Shown here: piece after piece, positions 37,300 to 46,857 of the stretch
Layout of the letters: each line of letters opens with the position of its first letter
How positions within the stretch are numbered: the first letter of the stretch is position 1
Origin: a bacterium
GTDB lineage: Bacteria; Zhuqueibacterota; QNDG01; JAGLOF01
Assembly (NCBI GenBank): GCA_016934955.1
Contig: JAFGRY010000031.1
Location: forward strand, 70,805 to 134,804
Length of the DNA stretch: 64,000 bases
Direction of reading: 5' to 3'
Notes under the pieces: model-generated
Seen by the model: the letters and a program-made list of their open reading frames with translations, nothing else
Told to the model about the DNA's origin: nothing
Database searches by the model: none
Program-made: the position numbers and the translations under genes

Positions 37300-38407
37300 G
37301 CATCTGCCCAATGTCGGCTCGTCGGGATACGCGGTATCGAAAGGCCGCGGCGCACGCCCCTTCACTGGAAACCATGCAGGGACCGACCGGAGTTTCAGGC
37401 AGGCAGCCGTCACCGAAAAGCGGGCACTCCCGGGGATCACTGATACCCTGAAGCACACTGCCGCAGATGCAGCCCGCCGCTTCTTTTGTTTCCTCCACGG
37501 TCACCGGAAACCTGACCGCGGCATCGTACCGCCGGTACGCATCCCGCATGACAAGGCCCGACGCCGTGATCATCCCGATCCCCCGCCATACGGAATCAAC
37601 GGGCCGAAACACTTTTTCCATCAGCGCCACTGCCGCGGGGTTGCCTTCCGGCCTCACTACTCTGCGGTACTGGATCTCGACACGGCTGTCGCCGCCGGCC
37701 ACCTGCCGTGCAAGCATGGCGATACTCTGGAGGATATCCAGACCCTCAAACCCGCCGATGACGCAGGCGATGCCGTGCTCTTCGGCGATCGGCCTGTAGG
37801 GAGAGGATCCAATGACCGCACTGACATGTCCGGGACAGAGAAAACCGTCGATGGCGACCCGCCCCCGGCAGAGAAGCTCCATGGCCGGGGGAACGACTTT
37901 GTGGGCGCTCAGTACTGAATAGTTGTTCAGGTTCTCCTGCTCCGCGGTGATGATCGACGCGGCGATTGTGGGAGCGGTGGTCTCAAACCCGACACCGATA
38001 AATACGACCTGCATCTCCGGATTGTTCCTCGCCAGCTCCAGGGCGTCGAGCGTCGACGCGACCACCCTGACCGACCGGCCCGCCGCGCGTTCCTGTCCGA
38101 GACTGGAGGTCGATCCGGGCACCTTGACCATGTCGCCGAACGTGGCGATGATGATTCCGGGGTGCCGCGCCAGGGCGACCGCATGGTCGATGGTGCCGTT
38201 CGGCGTCACGCACACCGGGCATCCGGGTCCGGAGATCAGCCGCATGCCGGCAGGCAGCATCTCCCTGATCCCGTTTCTGGCAATGGACATGGTATGGGTG
38301 CCGCACACTTCCATAAAGGTCATGGGGCGGCCCGCCGCCGCCGCGGCGATCTCTTCCTTCAGTCTGCCTGCCGCTTTCCCCGACCTGAATTCATCAATAT
38401 ACTTCAC
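37289..38407 (-). CDS. hypD: Hydrogenase maturation factor HypD
   Basis: 'MEVCGTHT', 'GPGCPVCVT', 'GFETTAP', 'PGHVS', 'CxC' region. Confidence 0.9.
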   Translation of the reverse strand: MKYIDEFRSGKAAGRLKEEIAAAAAGRPMTFMEVCGTHTMSIARNGIREMLPAGMRLISGPGCPVCVTPNGTIDHAVALARHPGIIIATFGDMVKVPGSTSSLGQERAAGRSVRVVASTLDALELARNNPEMQVVFIGVGFETTAPTIAASIITAEQENLNNYSVLSAHKVVPPAMELLCRGRVAIDGFLCPGHVSAVIGSSPYRPIAEEHGIACVIGGFEGLDILQSIAMLARQVAGGDSRVEIQYRRVVRPEGNPAAVALMEKVFRPVDSVWRGIGMITASGLVMRDAYRRYDAAVRFPVTVEETKEAAGCICGSVLQGISDPRECPLFGDGCLPETPVGPCMVSSEGACAAAFRYRVSRRADIGQMHDA

Positions 38408-38622
38408 CCCAGCCCTTCCATTTCCCGGAAAAGGGCTATTGTCTCCAATGCCTCTTCTTCATCGAGTTTCTGAATGGCGAAACCGGCGTGCACGATGATG
38501 TAATCACCGGGCCGCGGATCTTTGATCATCTGCAGCCCGACATTTCTTTTTACGCCGCTTATTTCCACGACGCCGGTTTCACCGTCAATAGACAGAATTT
38601 GCATGGGCACCGCAAGACACAT
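38404..38622 (-). CDS. hypC: Hydrogenase maturation chaperone HypC
   Basis: N-terminal 'MCLAVPMQI' and 'GDYIIVHAGFAI'; 72 aa; 4-nt overlap with hypD. Confidence 0.9.
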   Translation of the reverse strand: MCLAVPMQILSIDGETGVVEISGVKRNVGLQMIKDPRPGDYIIVHAGFAIQKLDEEEALETIALFREMEGLG

Positions 38623-38631
38623 TCCGCATCC

Positions 38632-38994
38632 TCATGGTATTAATGAGAGCATCGCTATCTCGTAAACGACCAGCCCCTCGTAAAAAATGATGAAGAGGCC
38701 GGTGATTTCCTCGAGCGTACAGAGTCCAAACACCTTTTTCTCTCCGTGAAGCAGCAGGAACAGCAATCCGAAAGAGGTGATGACATACTTGACGAGCAGA
38801 AAAAACTCACGGCTGACTGCCAGAGCGTTTCTCATGATGGGATTTGCTTCCCACGCCCCTCTTTCGATCAGGATAATTGTCATGGTTCCGTCAAGCAGAC
38901 AGAGTAACAGCAATAGAAAAAGATACAGGACATATTTGGGACGAAACAGGGTGGGCTCTGTTTCCAGAAAATAATAGTGGTCCGATTTCCGCAA
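38632..38994 (-). CDS. Small 4-TM membrane protein (DUF5658-like, tentative) inserted in the hyp operon
   Basis: 'LLCLLDGTMTIILIERGAWEANPIM' and three further hydrophobic segments. GC by hand count is lower than the flanking hyp genes (25/60 at 38881-38940). Confidence 0.5.
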   Translation of the reverse strand: MRKSDHYYFLETEPTLFRPKYVLYLFLLLLLCLLDGTMTIILIERGAWEANPIMRNALAVSREFFLLVKYVITSFGLLFLLLHGEKKVFGLCTLEEITGLFIIFYEGLVVYEIAMLSLIP

Positions 38995-39116
38995 TATGCA
39001 GCTGGCTCCCTTCCGTACGGTTTTGATTGTGACAGTGAGATATCACTGAAAAGATAGCAAAACTAAACAGATAATACAAGCGCAATTTGCCTGTTCGGAT
39101 CCGTGAGGCGAGAGAT

Positions 39117-41429
39117 TTATTTACATTTCCCCGCGGCGATCACGGCCTGCCCGAGAGCGAGCCCTCCGTCATTTGCCGGGACAACCCGGTGGGTCAGCAC
39201 GGTGAACCCGGCCTGCTCGAGTCTGGCCGCGAGTCCTTCCAGCAGATAGCGGTTCTGAAAGCAGCCGCCGCTCATGGCCACTGCCGAAATCTTCTCCTTC
39301 CTGCCCAACTCCGCGCAAAGGCCGGTAAACAGGTCCAGGAGGCCGTCATGGAATCTGCGGCTGACAACACCGGCCCCGAGGCCCCCGGCCGCATCCGCGG
39401 CGGCCCGGAGCACCGCCTCATCCGGCGAGATGGTGATCACCCCGTCCCGTCCACTGCAGGGAAACGGGTACGGGTCCCCGGCCGGTTCGGCGGCGATCGT
39501 CATCTCGAGGGCCATGGCCGCTTCACCCTCAAACTGGCCGGCGTCTTTGAGACCGGCGATGGCCGCGAACGCATCGAACAGTCTGCCGAGGCTCGACGTA
39601 GGGACGGTATTGATACCGGTCCGCAGCATTCCCAGGACTATGGTCACCGGCTCCTCCCCGATCCGGTGAAAAAACGGCAGCTGCTGCAGCAGATCGAACA
39701 GCGCCCGCTCCGCCCCTTCCGCTCCCCGTCGGGAGCAGAGCGCCCGGTGGAGCAGCGAGACGGCCATGCGCCAGGGATCGCGGGCGGCGGCGTCACCGCC
39801 CGGCATGAGCCGGTACTCGAAATGGGCGGCCCTCCGGTACTGTTTTAGGTCGGCGATCAGCACCTCGCCGCCCCAGACAGCCCCGTCTTCTCCGTAGCCG
39901 GTACCGTCGAGGGCCAGCCCGATGACCGGATCACTGCGGCCGTTTTCCGCCAGGCAGGATGCGATGTGGGCATGGTGGTGCTGCACGCCGCAGACGGGAA
40001 GGTCCCGCCCCTGGGCCCAGGCGGTGGTGTAGTAGTCCGGATGCAGATCATGGGCGATCAGCCGCGGTTCAACCGCGAGAATCCGTTTCAGATGCTCGAT
40101 CGTCTCTTCGAAATACTCCCGGGCCTTCGATGTCTCGAGATCACCGATATGCTGGCTGAGAAACGCTTCCCGCCCCCTGGTCAGGCAGATCGTGTTCTTC
40201 AACTCGCCGCCCACGGCGAGAACCGGAGGATCGATACCGGCGGTCAGGAAGACCGGCGTCGGCACGTATCCCCGGGAGCGCCGGACCGGGCGCGGATACC
40301 CGGCCGCCACCTGGAACACCGAATCATCCGCCCGCTGATAAATATCCCGGTCGCTCACGAGAAAGAAATCGGCGATTGTTCCCAGCCGGTGCAGGGCGTC
40401 GTCGTTATCACAGGCGATGGGTTCGTCGGAGAGATTGCCGCTGGTCATGACAATGGTCGAGGGACCTGCCTGCATGAGCAGGACATGAAGCGGGGTGTAG
40501 GGAAGCATCACGCCTATGTAGCGGTTGCCCGGTGCGATATCCGGCCCGAGGGCGAACCCGGGCCGCTTGCGCAGAAGCACAATGGGACTGCGCGGGTGTT
40601 CCAGCAGCGATGATTCCCGGGAATCGATCAAGGCGCAGGAAGCGGCTTCCTTGAGCGACGCAGCCATCACCGCCAGCGGTTTCGCGTACCGGTGCTTTCT
40701 CTCGCGCAGCTGGACGACGGCGTCGTTGTTTCCGGCATCACAGGCGAGATGAAAGCCGCCCAGACCTTTCACGGCCAGGACCCGCCCCTCGCGCAGCAGC
40801 CGTCCCGCCTCGGCCAGCGGATCATGCACCGGTTGTTCCCGGCCCTGACGGTCCAGCAGCATGACCCGGGGACCGCACACGGGACAGGCGTTCGGCTGGG
40901 CGTGAAACCGGCGGTCGGCCGGATCATGATACTCCCTGCTGCATTCGGGGCACATGACAAAAGGCGCCATGGTCGTTGCCGGACGGTCATAGGGAATATC
41001 ACGGATAATGGTAAAGCGGGGTCCGCAGTTCGTACAGTTGATAAAGGGGTAGCGGTACCTGCGGTTGCCCGGATCGAGCAGCTCATCACGGCAGTCCCGG
41101 CAAAGGGCGATATCAGGGGAAATCAGGGTCTGCCGCCCTGCTTCATTGCGGCTGCCGATGATCGCGAATGCCGATTCCCCGGCGGGGGGACGATCGGTCG
41201 CGGACACCTCGACGATGCGGGAGAGCGGCGGCGCCTCGGTTACCAGGCGTTTCTCAAAATCAGCAAGGGCAGCGGGCCCGCCCTCGATTTCTATTTCCAC
41301 GCCTTGCGGTGTATTGGTAACAAACCCGGCAAGGCCCAGTTCCGTGGCCAGCCGGTAGACAAAGGGACGAAATCCGACACCCTGAACGATCCCCTGCACC
41401 AGCAGCTGTCTGCGCTGTTTTGGTTCCAT
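39117..41429 (-). CDS. hypF: Carbamoyltransferase HypF
   Basis: Acylphosphatase 'VQGVGFRPFVYRLA', two Zn-finger pairs 'CRDCRDEL...CTNCGPRF' and 'CPECSREY...CPVCGPR', plus YrdC-like and Kae1-like C-terminal domains. Confidence 0.95.
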   Translation of the reverse strand: MEPKQRRQLLVQGIVQGVGFRPFVYRLATELGLAGFVTNTPQGVEIEIEGGPAALADFEKRLVTEAPPLSRIVEVSATDRPPAGESAFAIIGSRNEAGRQTLISPDIALCRDCRDELLDPGNRRYRYPFINCTNCGPRFTIIRDIPYDRPATTMAPFVMCPECSREYHDPADRRFHAQPNACPVCGPRVMLLDRQGREQPVHDPLAEAGRLLREGRVLAVKGLGGFHLACDAGNNDAVVQLRERKHRYAKPLAVMAASLKEAASCALIDSRESSLLEHPRSPIVLLRKRPGFALGPDIAPGNRYIGVMLPYTPLHVLLMQAGPSTIVMTSGNLSDEPIACDNDDALHRLGTIADFFLVSDRDIYQRADDSVFQVAAGYPRPVRRSRGYVPTPVFLTAGIDPPVLAVGGELKNTICLTRGREAFLSQHIGDLETSKAREYFEETIEHLKRILAVEPRLIAHDLHPDYYTTAWAQGRDLPVCGVQHHHAHIASCLAENGRSDPVIGLALDGTGYGEDGAVWGGEVLIADLKQYRRAAHFEYRLMPGGDAAARDPWRMAVSLLHRALCSRRGAEGAERALFDLLQQLPFFHRIGEEPVTIVLGMLRTGINTVPTSSLGRLFDAFAAIAGLKDAGQFEGEAAMALEMTIAAEPAGDPYPFPCSGRDGVITISPDEAVLRAAADAAGGLGAGVVSRRFHDGLLDLFTGLCAELGRKEKISAVAMSGGCFQNRYLLEGLAARLEQAGFTVLTHRVVPANDGGLALGQAVIAAGKCK

Positions 41430-41488
41430 TTTTCAATATACATATTTTTCGTCCCAAATAAAAAAGGAATTCAGCCGGCTCCATTTTC

Positions 41489-41512
41489 CCGTTGTTTTTA
41501 CCGTTGTTTTTA
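41489..41512. repeat. Perfect tandem direct repeat (CCGTTGTTTTTA)x2 in the hypF / symporter divergent region
   Basis: Read directly: 41489-41500 is identical to 41501-41512. Confidence 0.9.
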
Positions 41513-41580
41513 AGTATACTATTTATTAATCTTAGTGCAACATCGACAATTCCCGCTATTGACAAGAGAAGGAGCTGCCC

Positions 41581-43383
41581 ATGATCATGAAACCCGTTGA
41601 TTTTGCCATCATCGGTCTCTTCCTGGCCATCGTGATCATCATCGGTATTATCGCATCCAAAACCGCAAAGAAAAGCACCGCCCAGTTCTTTCTGGGAGGC
41701 AGAACCATGCCCTGGTGGCTGCTGGGCGTATCGATGGTAGCCTGTACGTTTTCCGCGGACACGCCGAATCTGGTCACTGATATGGTCCGGCAGGCGGGCG
41801 TCGCGAAAAACTGGGCCTGGTGGGCATTCCTCATCACCGGCATGGTGACGGTGTTCATCTACGCCAAGCTCTGGCGACGGTCGAGCGTGATGACCGATCT
41901 CGAGTTCTACGAGATACGGTACAGCGGCAGGGGCGCGTCCTTCCTGAGGATATTCAGATCGCTCTACCTGGGAGTGCTCTTCAACTGCCTGATCATGGGT
42001 ACCGTTTCCCTCGCCGCGATCAAGATCGGAGCAGTGATGTTCGGACTGAGCCCGCTGACCACCGTTGTTATGGCATCAGTGTGCGTGGTGATCTACTCGG
42101 CGCTGGGCGGGCTCAAAGGCATCATGTGGGCCGACTTTTTTCAGTACAGTATCGCCATGTTCGGGGCCGTGTTCGCGGCGGTTATCGCCGTGCGGCAGCC
42201 CGAGATCGGGGGCCTGAGCGGACTGTTGTCAAACCCCGCCCTCACCGGAAAGCTGACCTTCTTTCCGGACCTCGGGAACCCCTCCGTATACATCGCGCTT
42301 CTCATCATTCCCATCGCGGTGCAATGGTGGTCGGTCTGGTATCCGGGTGCGGAACCGGGCGGCGGCGGCTACATCGCCCAGCGGATGCTTTCGGCAAAGA
42401 ATGAAAAACACGCCATCGGCGGCACTCTGTTTTTCAACTTCGCCCATTACGCCCTCAGGCCCTGGCCCTGGATTCTCGTGGCCCTGGCCTCGCTTATCAT
42501 CTATCCGGACCTGGCCGCGATAAAGGCCGAGTTTCCCAATATCGCCGATCAGTACCTCAGGCACGACATTGCCTACCCCGCCATGCTGACAAAACTGGGT
42601 ACCGGCTGGCTGGGGCTGGTGATTGCGTCTCTCATCGCCGCATACATGTCGACCATCGGCACCCACCTCAACTGGGGATCCTCCTACGTGGTCAACGATT
42701 TCTACAAGCGGGTGATGCGGCCCGGCGCCTCGGAAAAAGAGCTGGTGCTCATCGGCAGGATTACCACCGTAAGCCTGATGGTGCTGGCCGCGGTCATCGC
42801 CATTTCCGTGCTCAATAACGCGGCCCAGGCATTCAACTTCATCATCCTGTCCGGTGCGGGGACGGGGGCGATCTATCTGCTCAGATGGTTCTGGTGGCGA
42901 ATAAACGCCTGGACCGAAATCGTGGGAATGGTCACCGCGACCGTTTTCGCGGTGATATTCATCTTCTTTGTCGGCGATGACGCCGTCGCCACCGGTCTGC
43001 TCGACGGGTTCACCGTGAAACTGCTGGTAACCGTCGTTGCCACCTCCATCGCCTGGATCATCGCCATGTTCGTGACCAGGCCGGTGGATTCCGCGGTGCT
43101 GAGAGAGTTCTACCGCAAAACGAAACCGGGAGGACCCGGCTGGAAAAAAGTAGTGGAAGAAGCGAAAGCCGCAGGTGATCCGATCGAATCCGATGACCGG
43201 GTATGGGAAATGCCGCTGCAGATTCTCTGTGTGTTCATCGGCTGTGTCACCATATATTCGGCCCTGTTCGCCATCGGCAGTTTCGTGTACACACATGTTC
43301 TCATCGGCATCGTTCTGAGCGTCATTACGGTTCTGGGCACGATCTTTCTCTTCAAATCCTTCACCAAACTCAAAGCCGCCTGA
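41581..43383 (+). CDS. Sodium:solute symporter (SSF) family transporter
   Basis: About 13-14 TM segments; 'FFLGGRTMPWW', 'YIAQRMLSAK' fit the SSF family. GGAG lies upstream of the ATG. Confidence 0.8.
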   Translation: MIMKPVDFAIIGLFLAIVIIIGIIASKTAKKSTAQFFLGGRTMPWWLLGVSMVACTFSADTPNLVTDMVRQAGVAKNWAWWAFLITGMVTVFIYAKLWRRSSVMTDLEFYEIRYSGRGASFLRIFRSLYLGVLFNCLIMGTVSLAAIKIGAVMFGLSPLTTVVMASVCVVIYSALGGLKGIMWADFFQYSIAMFGAVFAAVIAVRQPEIGGLSGLLSNPALTGKLTFFPDLGNPSVYIALLIIPIAVQWWSVWYPGAEPGGGGYIAQRMLSAKNEKHAIGGTLFFNFAHYALRPWPWILVALASLIIYPDLAAIKAEFPNIADQYLRHDIAYPAMLTKLGTGWLGLVIASLIAAYMSTIGTHLNWGSSYVVNDFYKRVMRPGASEKELVLIGRITTVSLMVLAAVIAISVLNNAAQAFNFIILSGAGTGAIYLLRWFWWRINAWTEIVGMVTATVFAVIFIFFVGDDAVATGLLDGFTVKLLVTVVATSIAWIIAMFVTRPVDSAVLREFYRKTKPGGPGWKKVVEEAKAAGDPIESDDRVWEMPLQILCVFIGCVTIYSALFAIGSFVYTHVLIGIVLSVITVLGTIFLFKSFTKLKAA

Positions 43384-43393
43384 GCGGTGATAC

Positions 43394-43427
43394 AAAAAAA
43401 GGCCGGGCGGCACTGCCCGGCCTTTTT
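43394..43427. terminator. Bidirectional rho-independent terminator
   Basis: A7, GGCCGGGC (43401-08), loop, GCCCGGCC (43415-22), T5, between convergent genes. Confidence 0.75.
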
Positions 43428-43463
43428 CATACCGCCCTCCGGCATGAACCGAACCTCGTTCAC

Positions 43464-44735
43464 TTACGCGTCTGAGGCAATCTCTCCGGCTTTTTTCAAT
43501 GCTACTTTGGTGAGGATCGGACCGATGATCTCAAAGAAGATACAGGTTGCCGTAATGGTGGTGATGACGGTGGAGCCAAGAATGTCTCCGGTGGTGACCA
43601 CCTTCTCGCCGGTCTTCTCGACGATCCGTCCCAGGCCCGCGAATTCATGTTTTACGATCAGGGAAAGGCCGATGGCCACACCGGCCTGGGAGAGAATCCC
43701 CAGTCCGATCCATTTCTTTATCTTTTCCTCCACGTGACCGGTGATGCCCCCCAGCCGGGCACCGAATATGAGCCCGGAGGCGCGAAGGGCCGCGTACACG
43801 ATCCCGAGCACGCCCAGGGACGGCAGCGCCTTCAGGTGCAGATTGGCGCCGGCCAGGGTGAAAAAGAGGATGAACAGCAGCGGCATGAGCAGCGGCAGAC
43901 GGTCATGCATGCGCTGGACGAGAAAATGCGGCTGGGTGTTGACGATCACCATGCCGATGACCATATTGGTAAGGATCAGGGAAAGATGGAATATGGTGCA
44001 GAGACCGATGGAAACGAAGACGAATCCCACCAGCAGAACGATGATGTCGTTCTGATTGGCGAGCCTGGCCGCCAGCAGCGAAAGCACCGTTGCCAGGATG
44101 CCTCCCACCAGCAGGCTCAGTGCGACTTCTTTCAGCGGCATCAGCAGTGAACTGAACAGATGGCTCTCGCCGCCGCCGGTCTGGGAGGCCAGCAGCATCC
44201 GGGCGAACGCGGCGGCAAAACCGAAAATGATGATCCCGAGACCATCGTCGAAGCCCACAACCGCATACAGGGCCTTGGTAAGGCTGCCCTTGGCCTTGTA
44301 CTCCTGAATTATCGCCACCGTACCCGCCGGGGCGCTGGCCGGGGCGATGGACCCGAAAATCAGCGCCATGGGCAGATCGCCGGTAAGAATGAGTACGCCG
44401 GCGAAAACGAAGAAAAAGGCGGTAAATGACTCGAACAGGATGATATTGACAATGCCGCTGCCGAGTTTTTTAAGAGAAAGAAACCTCAGCTCGAGCCCGA
44501 TACTGAGCGCGACGAACCCCAGGGCGATCTCGGTCACGAAGGAGAGCTGCTCCTGGATGGGCTGAGAGAGAATGTTGAAAAGCGAAGGGCCGAGCACCAC
44601 ACCAAAAATCATGAATCCGATAATCGAGGGCAGCCGGAAGAAACGCATATTGCGTCCGAAATAGTACCCGATAATGATCATTAATCCGGTGATGAGCAGC
44701 GTGGGTATCTCTATGGCGTTCATGAATTCGTGCAT
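43464..44735 (-). CDS. Cation:proton antiporter (Na+/H+ exchanger family)
   Basis: About 11-12 TM segments with a Na_H_exchanger-like profile ('GVVLGPSLFNIL', 'ALGFVALSIGLEL'). Confidence 0.75.
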   Translation of the reverse strand: MHEFMNAIEIPTLLITGLMIIIGYYFGRNMRFFRLPSIIGFMIFGVVLGPSLFNILSQPIQEQLSFVTEIALGFVALSIGLELRFLSLKKLGSGIVNIILFESFTAFFFVFAGVLILTGDLPMALIFGSIAPASAPAGTVAIIQEYKAKGSLTKALYAVVGFDDGLGIIIFGFAAAFARMLLASQTGGGESHLFSSLLMPLKEVALSLLVGGILATVLSLLAARLANQNDIIVLLVGFVFVSIGLCTIFHLSLILTNMVIGMVIVNTQPHFLVQRMHDRLPLLMPLLFILFFTLAGANLHLKALPSLGVLGIVYAALRASGLIFGARLGGITGHVEEKIKKWIGLGILSQAGVAIGLSLIVKHEFAGLGRIVEKTGEKVVTTGDILGSTVITTITATCIFFEIIGPILTKVALKKAGEIASDA

Positions 44736-44746
44736 CGTATCCTCTC

Positions 44747-45559
44747 TCAGATCTCCAGCGAGCCGTTTTTATAAATGAGATCGACGATGGAAATCATGAT
44801 TCCCTTTCCGCCATCGAGGCTGTCCACGAGGCTGTTCAGCTTCTGCAGGATCTGGTTGGTCGATGTCTTTTTAACCGTGCACTGAATGATCCGGTGGAAT
44901 CCCGTATGGTCGGACGACCAGAAGCTTGAAAAAAGCGGCATATTGTAGAGGTATCTGCCCGCATTCTCGGCTTCGAGCACAGAGATGTTCGCCCCTTCGG
45001 TCTCGGTAAATATTTCGAGAACATCCTGAAAACAGTCTTCTATCTGCACCACGACCGTCAACAGGTTGTAGTCGTAGGTAACTTTCACCGGTTCGCTCTC
45101 CTGACGCTGTTTCATGATGAAATCGAAGAGCGCCCCGGCGCTTTCAGCGGCCATGACTTTTTCGACGCTGCCCTCCTGGCGGAAAAAGCGGGCGATACCG
45201 CTGAGAATTCCCAGGTGCTGATCCCGCTTGGAACGGGGAGCGACCACAAAAACGAAGAGCCGGGTCGGCCTGCCGTCCAGGGATTTGTAATCGACTCCCC
45301 CGGGCATGGTGACGATACCGACCACAAATTCATCGATCGTGTCGGTGGCAAAATGGGGGATGGCGATGGCATGTGAGAATCCGGTGCTTCCGGTCCGTTC
45401 CCTCTCCATAAATCCCCTGTAAATATCGTCGGTCTTCATGGCCTGCATCTGCGGATGCCGCTTCGCCACTTCGCTGACAATACGCAGGGCAGCCTCCTTG
45501 TTATCAGCGGCGGCACCGACTTCTATACATGCGGGGGTGATGTATTCGGCCAGTTTCAT
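44747..45559 (-). CDS. PTS EIIA(Ntr/Fru)-type domain protein with an unassigned C-terminal domain
   Basis: 'LAEYITPACIEVG...KEAALRIV', 'RERTGSTGFSHAIAIPH' (EIIA-2 His region). ATG at 45559 is preceded by GAGAGGAG. It lies 11 nt upstream of the antiporter gene. Confidence 0.7.
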   Translation of the reverse strand: MKLAEYITPACIEVGAAADNKEAALRIVSEVAKRHPQMQAMKTDDIYRGFMERERTGSTGFSHAIAIPHFATDTIDEFVVGIVTMPGGVDYKSLDGRPTRLFVFVVAPRSKRDQHLGILSGIARFFRQEGSVEKVMAAESAGALFDFIMKQRQESEPVKVTYDYNLLTVVVQIEDCFQDVLEIFTETEGANISVLEAENAGRYLYNMPLFSSFWSSDHTGFHRIIQCTVKKTSTNQILQKLNSLVDSLDGGKGIMISIVDLIYKNGSLEI

Positions 45560-45633
45560 GCAGCATCTCCTCTCTTGAGTAACAGCGGGAAAATTACAAA
45601 AAATTTCTGCGAATACCAATGGGATTCTTTTAG

Positions 45634-45666
45634 AAAACAAAAAACCCGGAAGGGAGCTCTTCCGGG
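45634..45666 (-). terminator. Rho-independent terminator (minus strand)
   Basis: Stem CCCGGAAG (45645-52) / CTTCCGGG (45659-66) with a 6-nt loop. On the minus strand it is followed by TTTTTTGTTTT. Confidence 0.7.
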
Positions 45667-45693
45667 TGCATCGTTTTCAGATGCCGCGGCCGA

Positions 45694-46857
45694 TCAAGGC
45701 TGTTCCCGAACCGTAATGAACGTATGGGCGAGCACTTCCAGCGGCTGCAGGAACGGGAGTTTGTCCTGTCCGGGCCTGAACACGAAAACATCAATCATGT
45801 AGAGACGCCTGTCGCCGGGGTCGTAAAACAGATAATTGACGAAGGGGCCGCCGCTCGTCGGACGGTCGTCCGCCCAGAGCCCGCGGGTCACGAGAGCGGT
45901 TCTTCCGAGGAACGTCGTCCGCTTCGGCTGGAAAAAGTGACGATCGACGTAGGTTGAATCGTAGTACTGATCGCAGAGCCGGTTCCGGGTTTCAATCATC
46001 CAGCGGGGATTGATCAGTGCGGTGTCACCGTTTTCAACCCAGTGAACGAACAGGTATCTTCCGGGAGAAAAGGGACTGAACGCGGCGAAAGAGGCGTCTT
46101 CGCTGGATTCAACCAGTTCCATATCCGCAAATTTGGTAAATGACCAGCCGAATCTCTCGAGCAGGTCCCTGGTAACCGCCGCTTCTTTCCGGGACGTGAA
46201 GAGCGCCCCCCGCCTGCAGGTCATGGCATCCTCTTCGATCTGAGCGAACAGTTCATCCCCGCGCCGTTCGAGTTCCACTTGCAGGCAGTCCGGGGAATCG
46301 GCCCAGCCGGCGATCACCAGCCTGCCGCCGTTGACGGCGTCGCCGCGCCTGATCAGGCGGATTTCGGTTTCCGCCGTATCGGCGGGCCCGCCCGGGAGTT
46401 CGGAGATGAGAGCGCGGACGGGGCTGCTCGCCCGGGAGGCGAGCACAATCTGATAATTATACCCGGCGAGCTGAGACGGTTTGGCATCGTTGAAGAGAAC
46501 CAGCTGAAACTGCTTTTCCGGCTGCGGCGTGCGGACGATCCGTTCGAACTGCCGGCTGAGGACCGGTCCCCAGTAGTTTATATCCGCGGCATCGACGACG
46601 ACCGCGATCCGGTTGTCGAACCGGGGGTGCTCCGGCTTGATGTTCCGGAATGAGAGGTAGACCAGCACAACGATCACGGGAATAAAGAGCACTTCAATAA
46701 CGGGAATGTATCTGCGTCTGCGCCGTTCATTGAGCCTGTCGGTTTTCTGCAGCAGTTTTTCGAGCCATCCCCACTGAAATATCCGCTGCAGCCTGAACAG
46801 CAGCGCGATCAGAACAAACGGAACGATGACGATAAGCACCAGTGTGAACAGCATCAT
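45694..46857 (-). CDS. Hypothetical N-terminally membrane-anchored protein
   Basis: Start 'MMLFTLVLIVIVPFVLIALLF' overlaps the upstream stop (ATGATGA). No family recognised. Confidence 0.55.
   Translation of the reverse strand: MMLFTLVLIVIVPFVLIALLFRLQRIFQWGWLEKLLQKTDRLNERRRRRYIPVIEVLFIPVIVVLVYLSFRNIKPEHPRFDNRIAVVVDAADINYWGPVLSRQFERIVRTPQPEKQFQLVLFNDAKPSQLAGYNYQIVLASRASSPVRALISELPGGPADTAETEIRLIRRGDAVNGGRLVIAGWADSPDCLQVELERRGDELFAQIEEDAMTCRRGALFTSRKEAAVTRDLLERFGWSFTKFADMELVESSEDASFAAFSPFSPGRYLFVHWVENGDTALINPRWMIETRNRLCDQYYDSTYVDRHFFQPKRTTFLGRTALVTRGLWADDRPTSGGPFVNYLFYDPGDRRLYMIDVFVFRPGQDKLPFLQPLEVLAHTFITVREQP

Noticed and set aside
36289-37458. 389-aa version of hypE and 205-aa version of PadR (48027-48644), plus 489-aa and 229-aa extended versions of other genes.
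   Set aside because: The extensions have no homology-like content, overlap neighbouring genes or promoter regions, and internal ATGs give canonical family N-termini (MMHENITLAHGGGG; MQRAIL...).
38995-39116. Near-palindrome CAGTGAGATATCACTG in the AT-rich spacer between hypF and the membrane ORF, considered as a terminator.
   Set aside because: It has only a 6-bp stem with a 4-nt loop and no adjacent U-tract on the transcribed strand, which is too weak to call.
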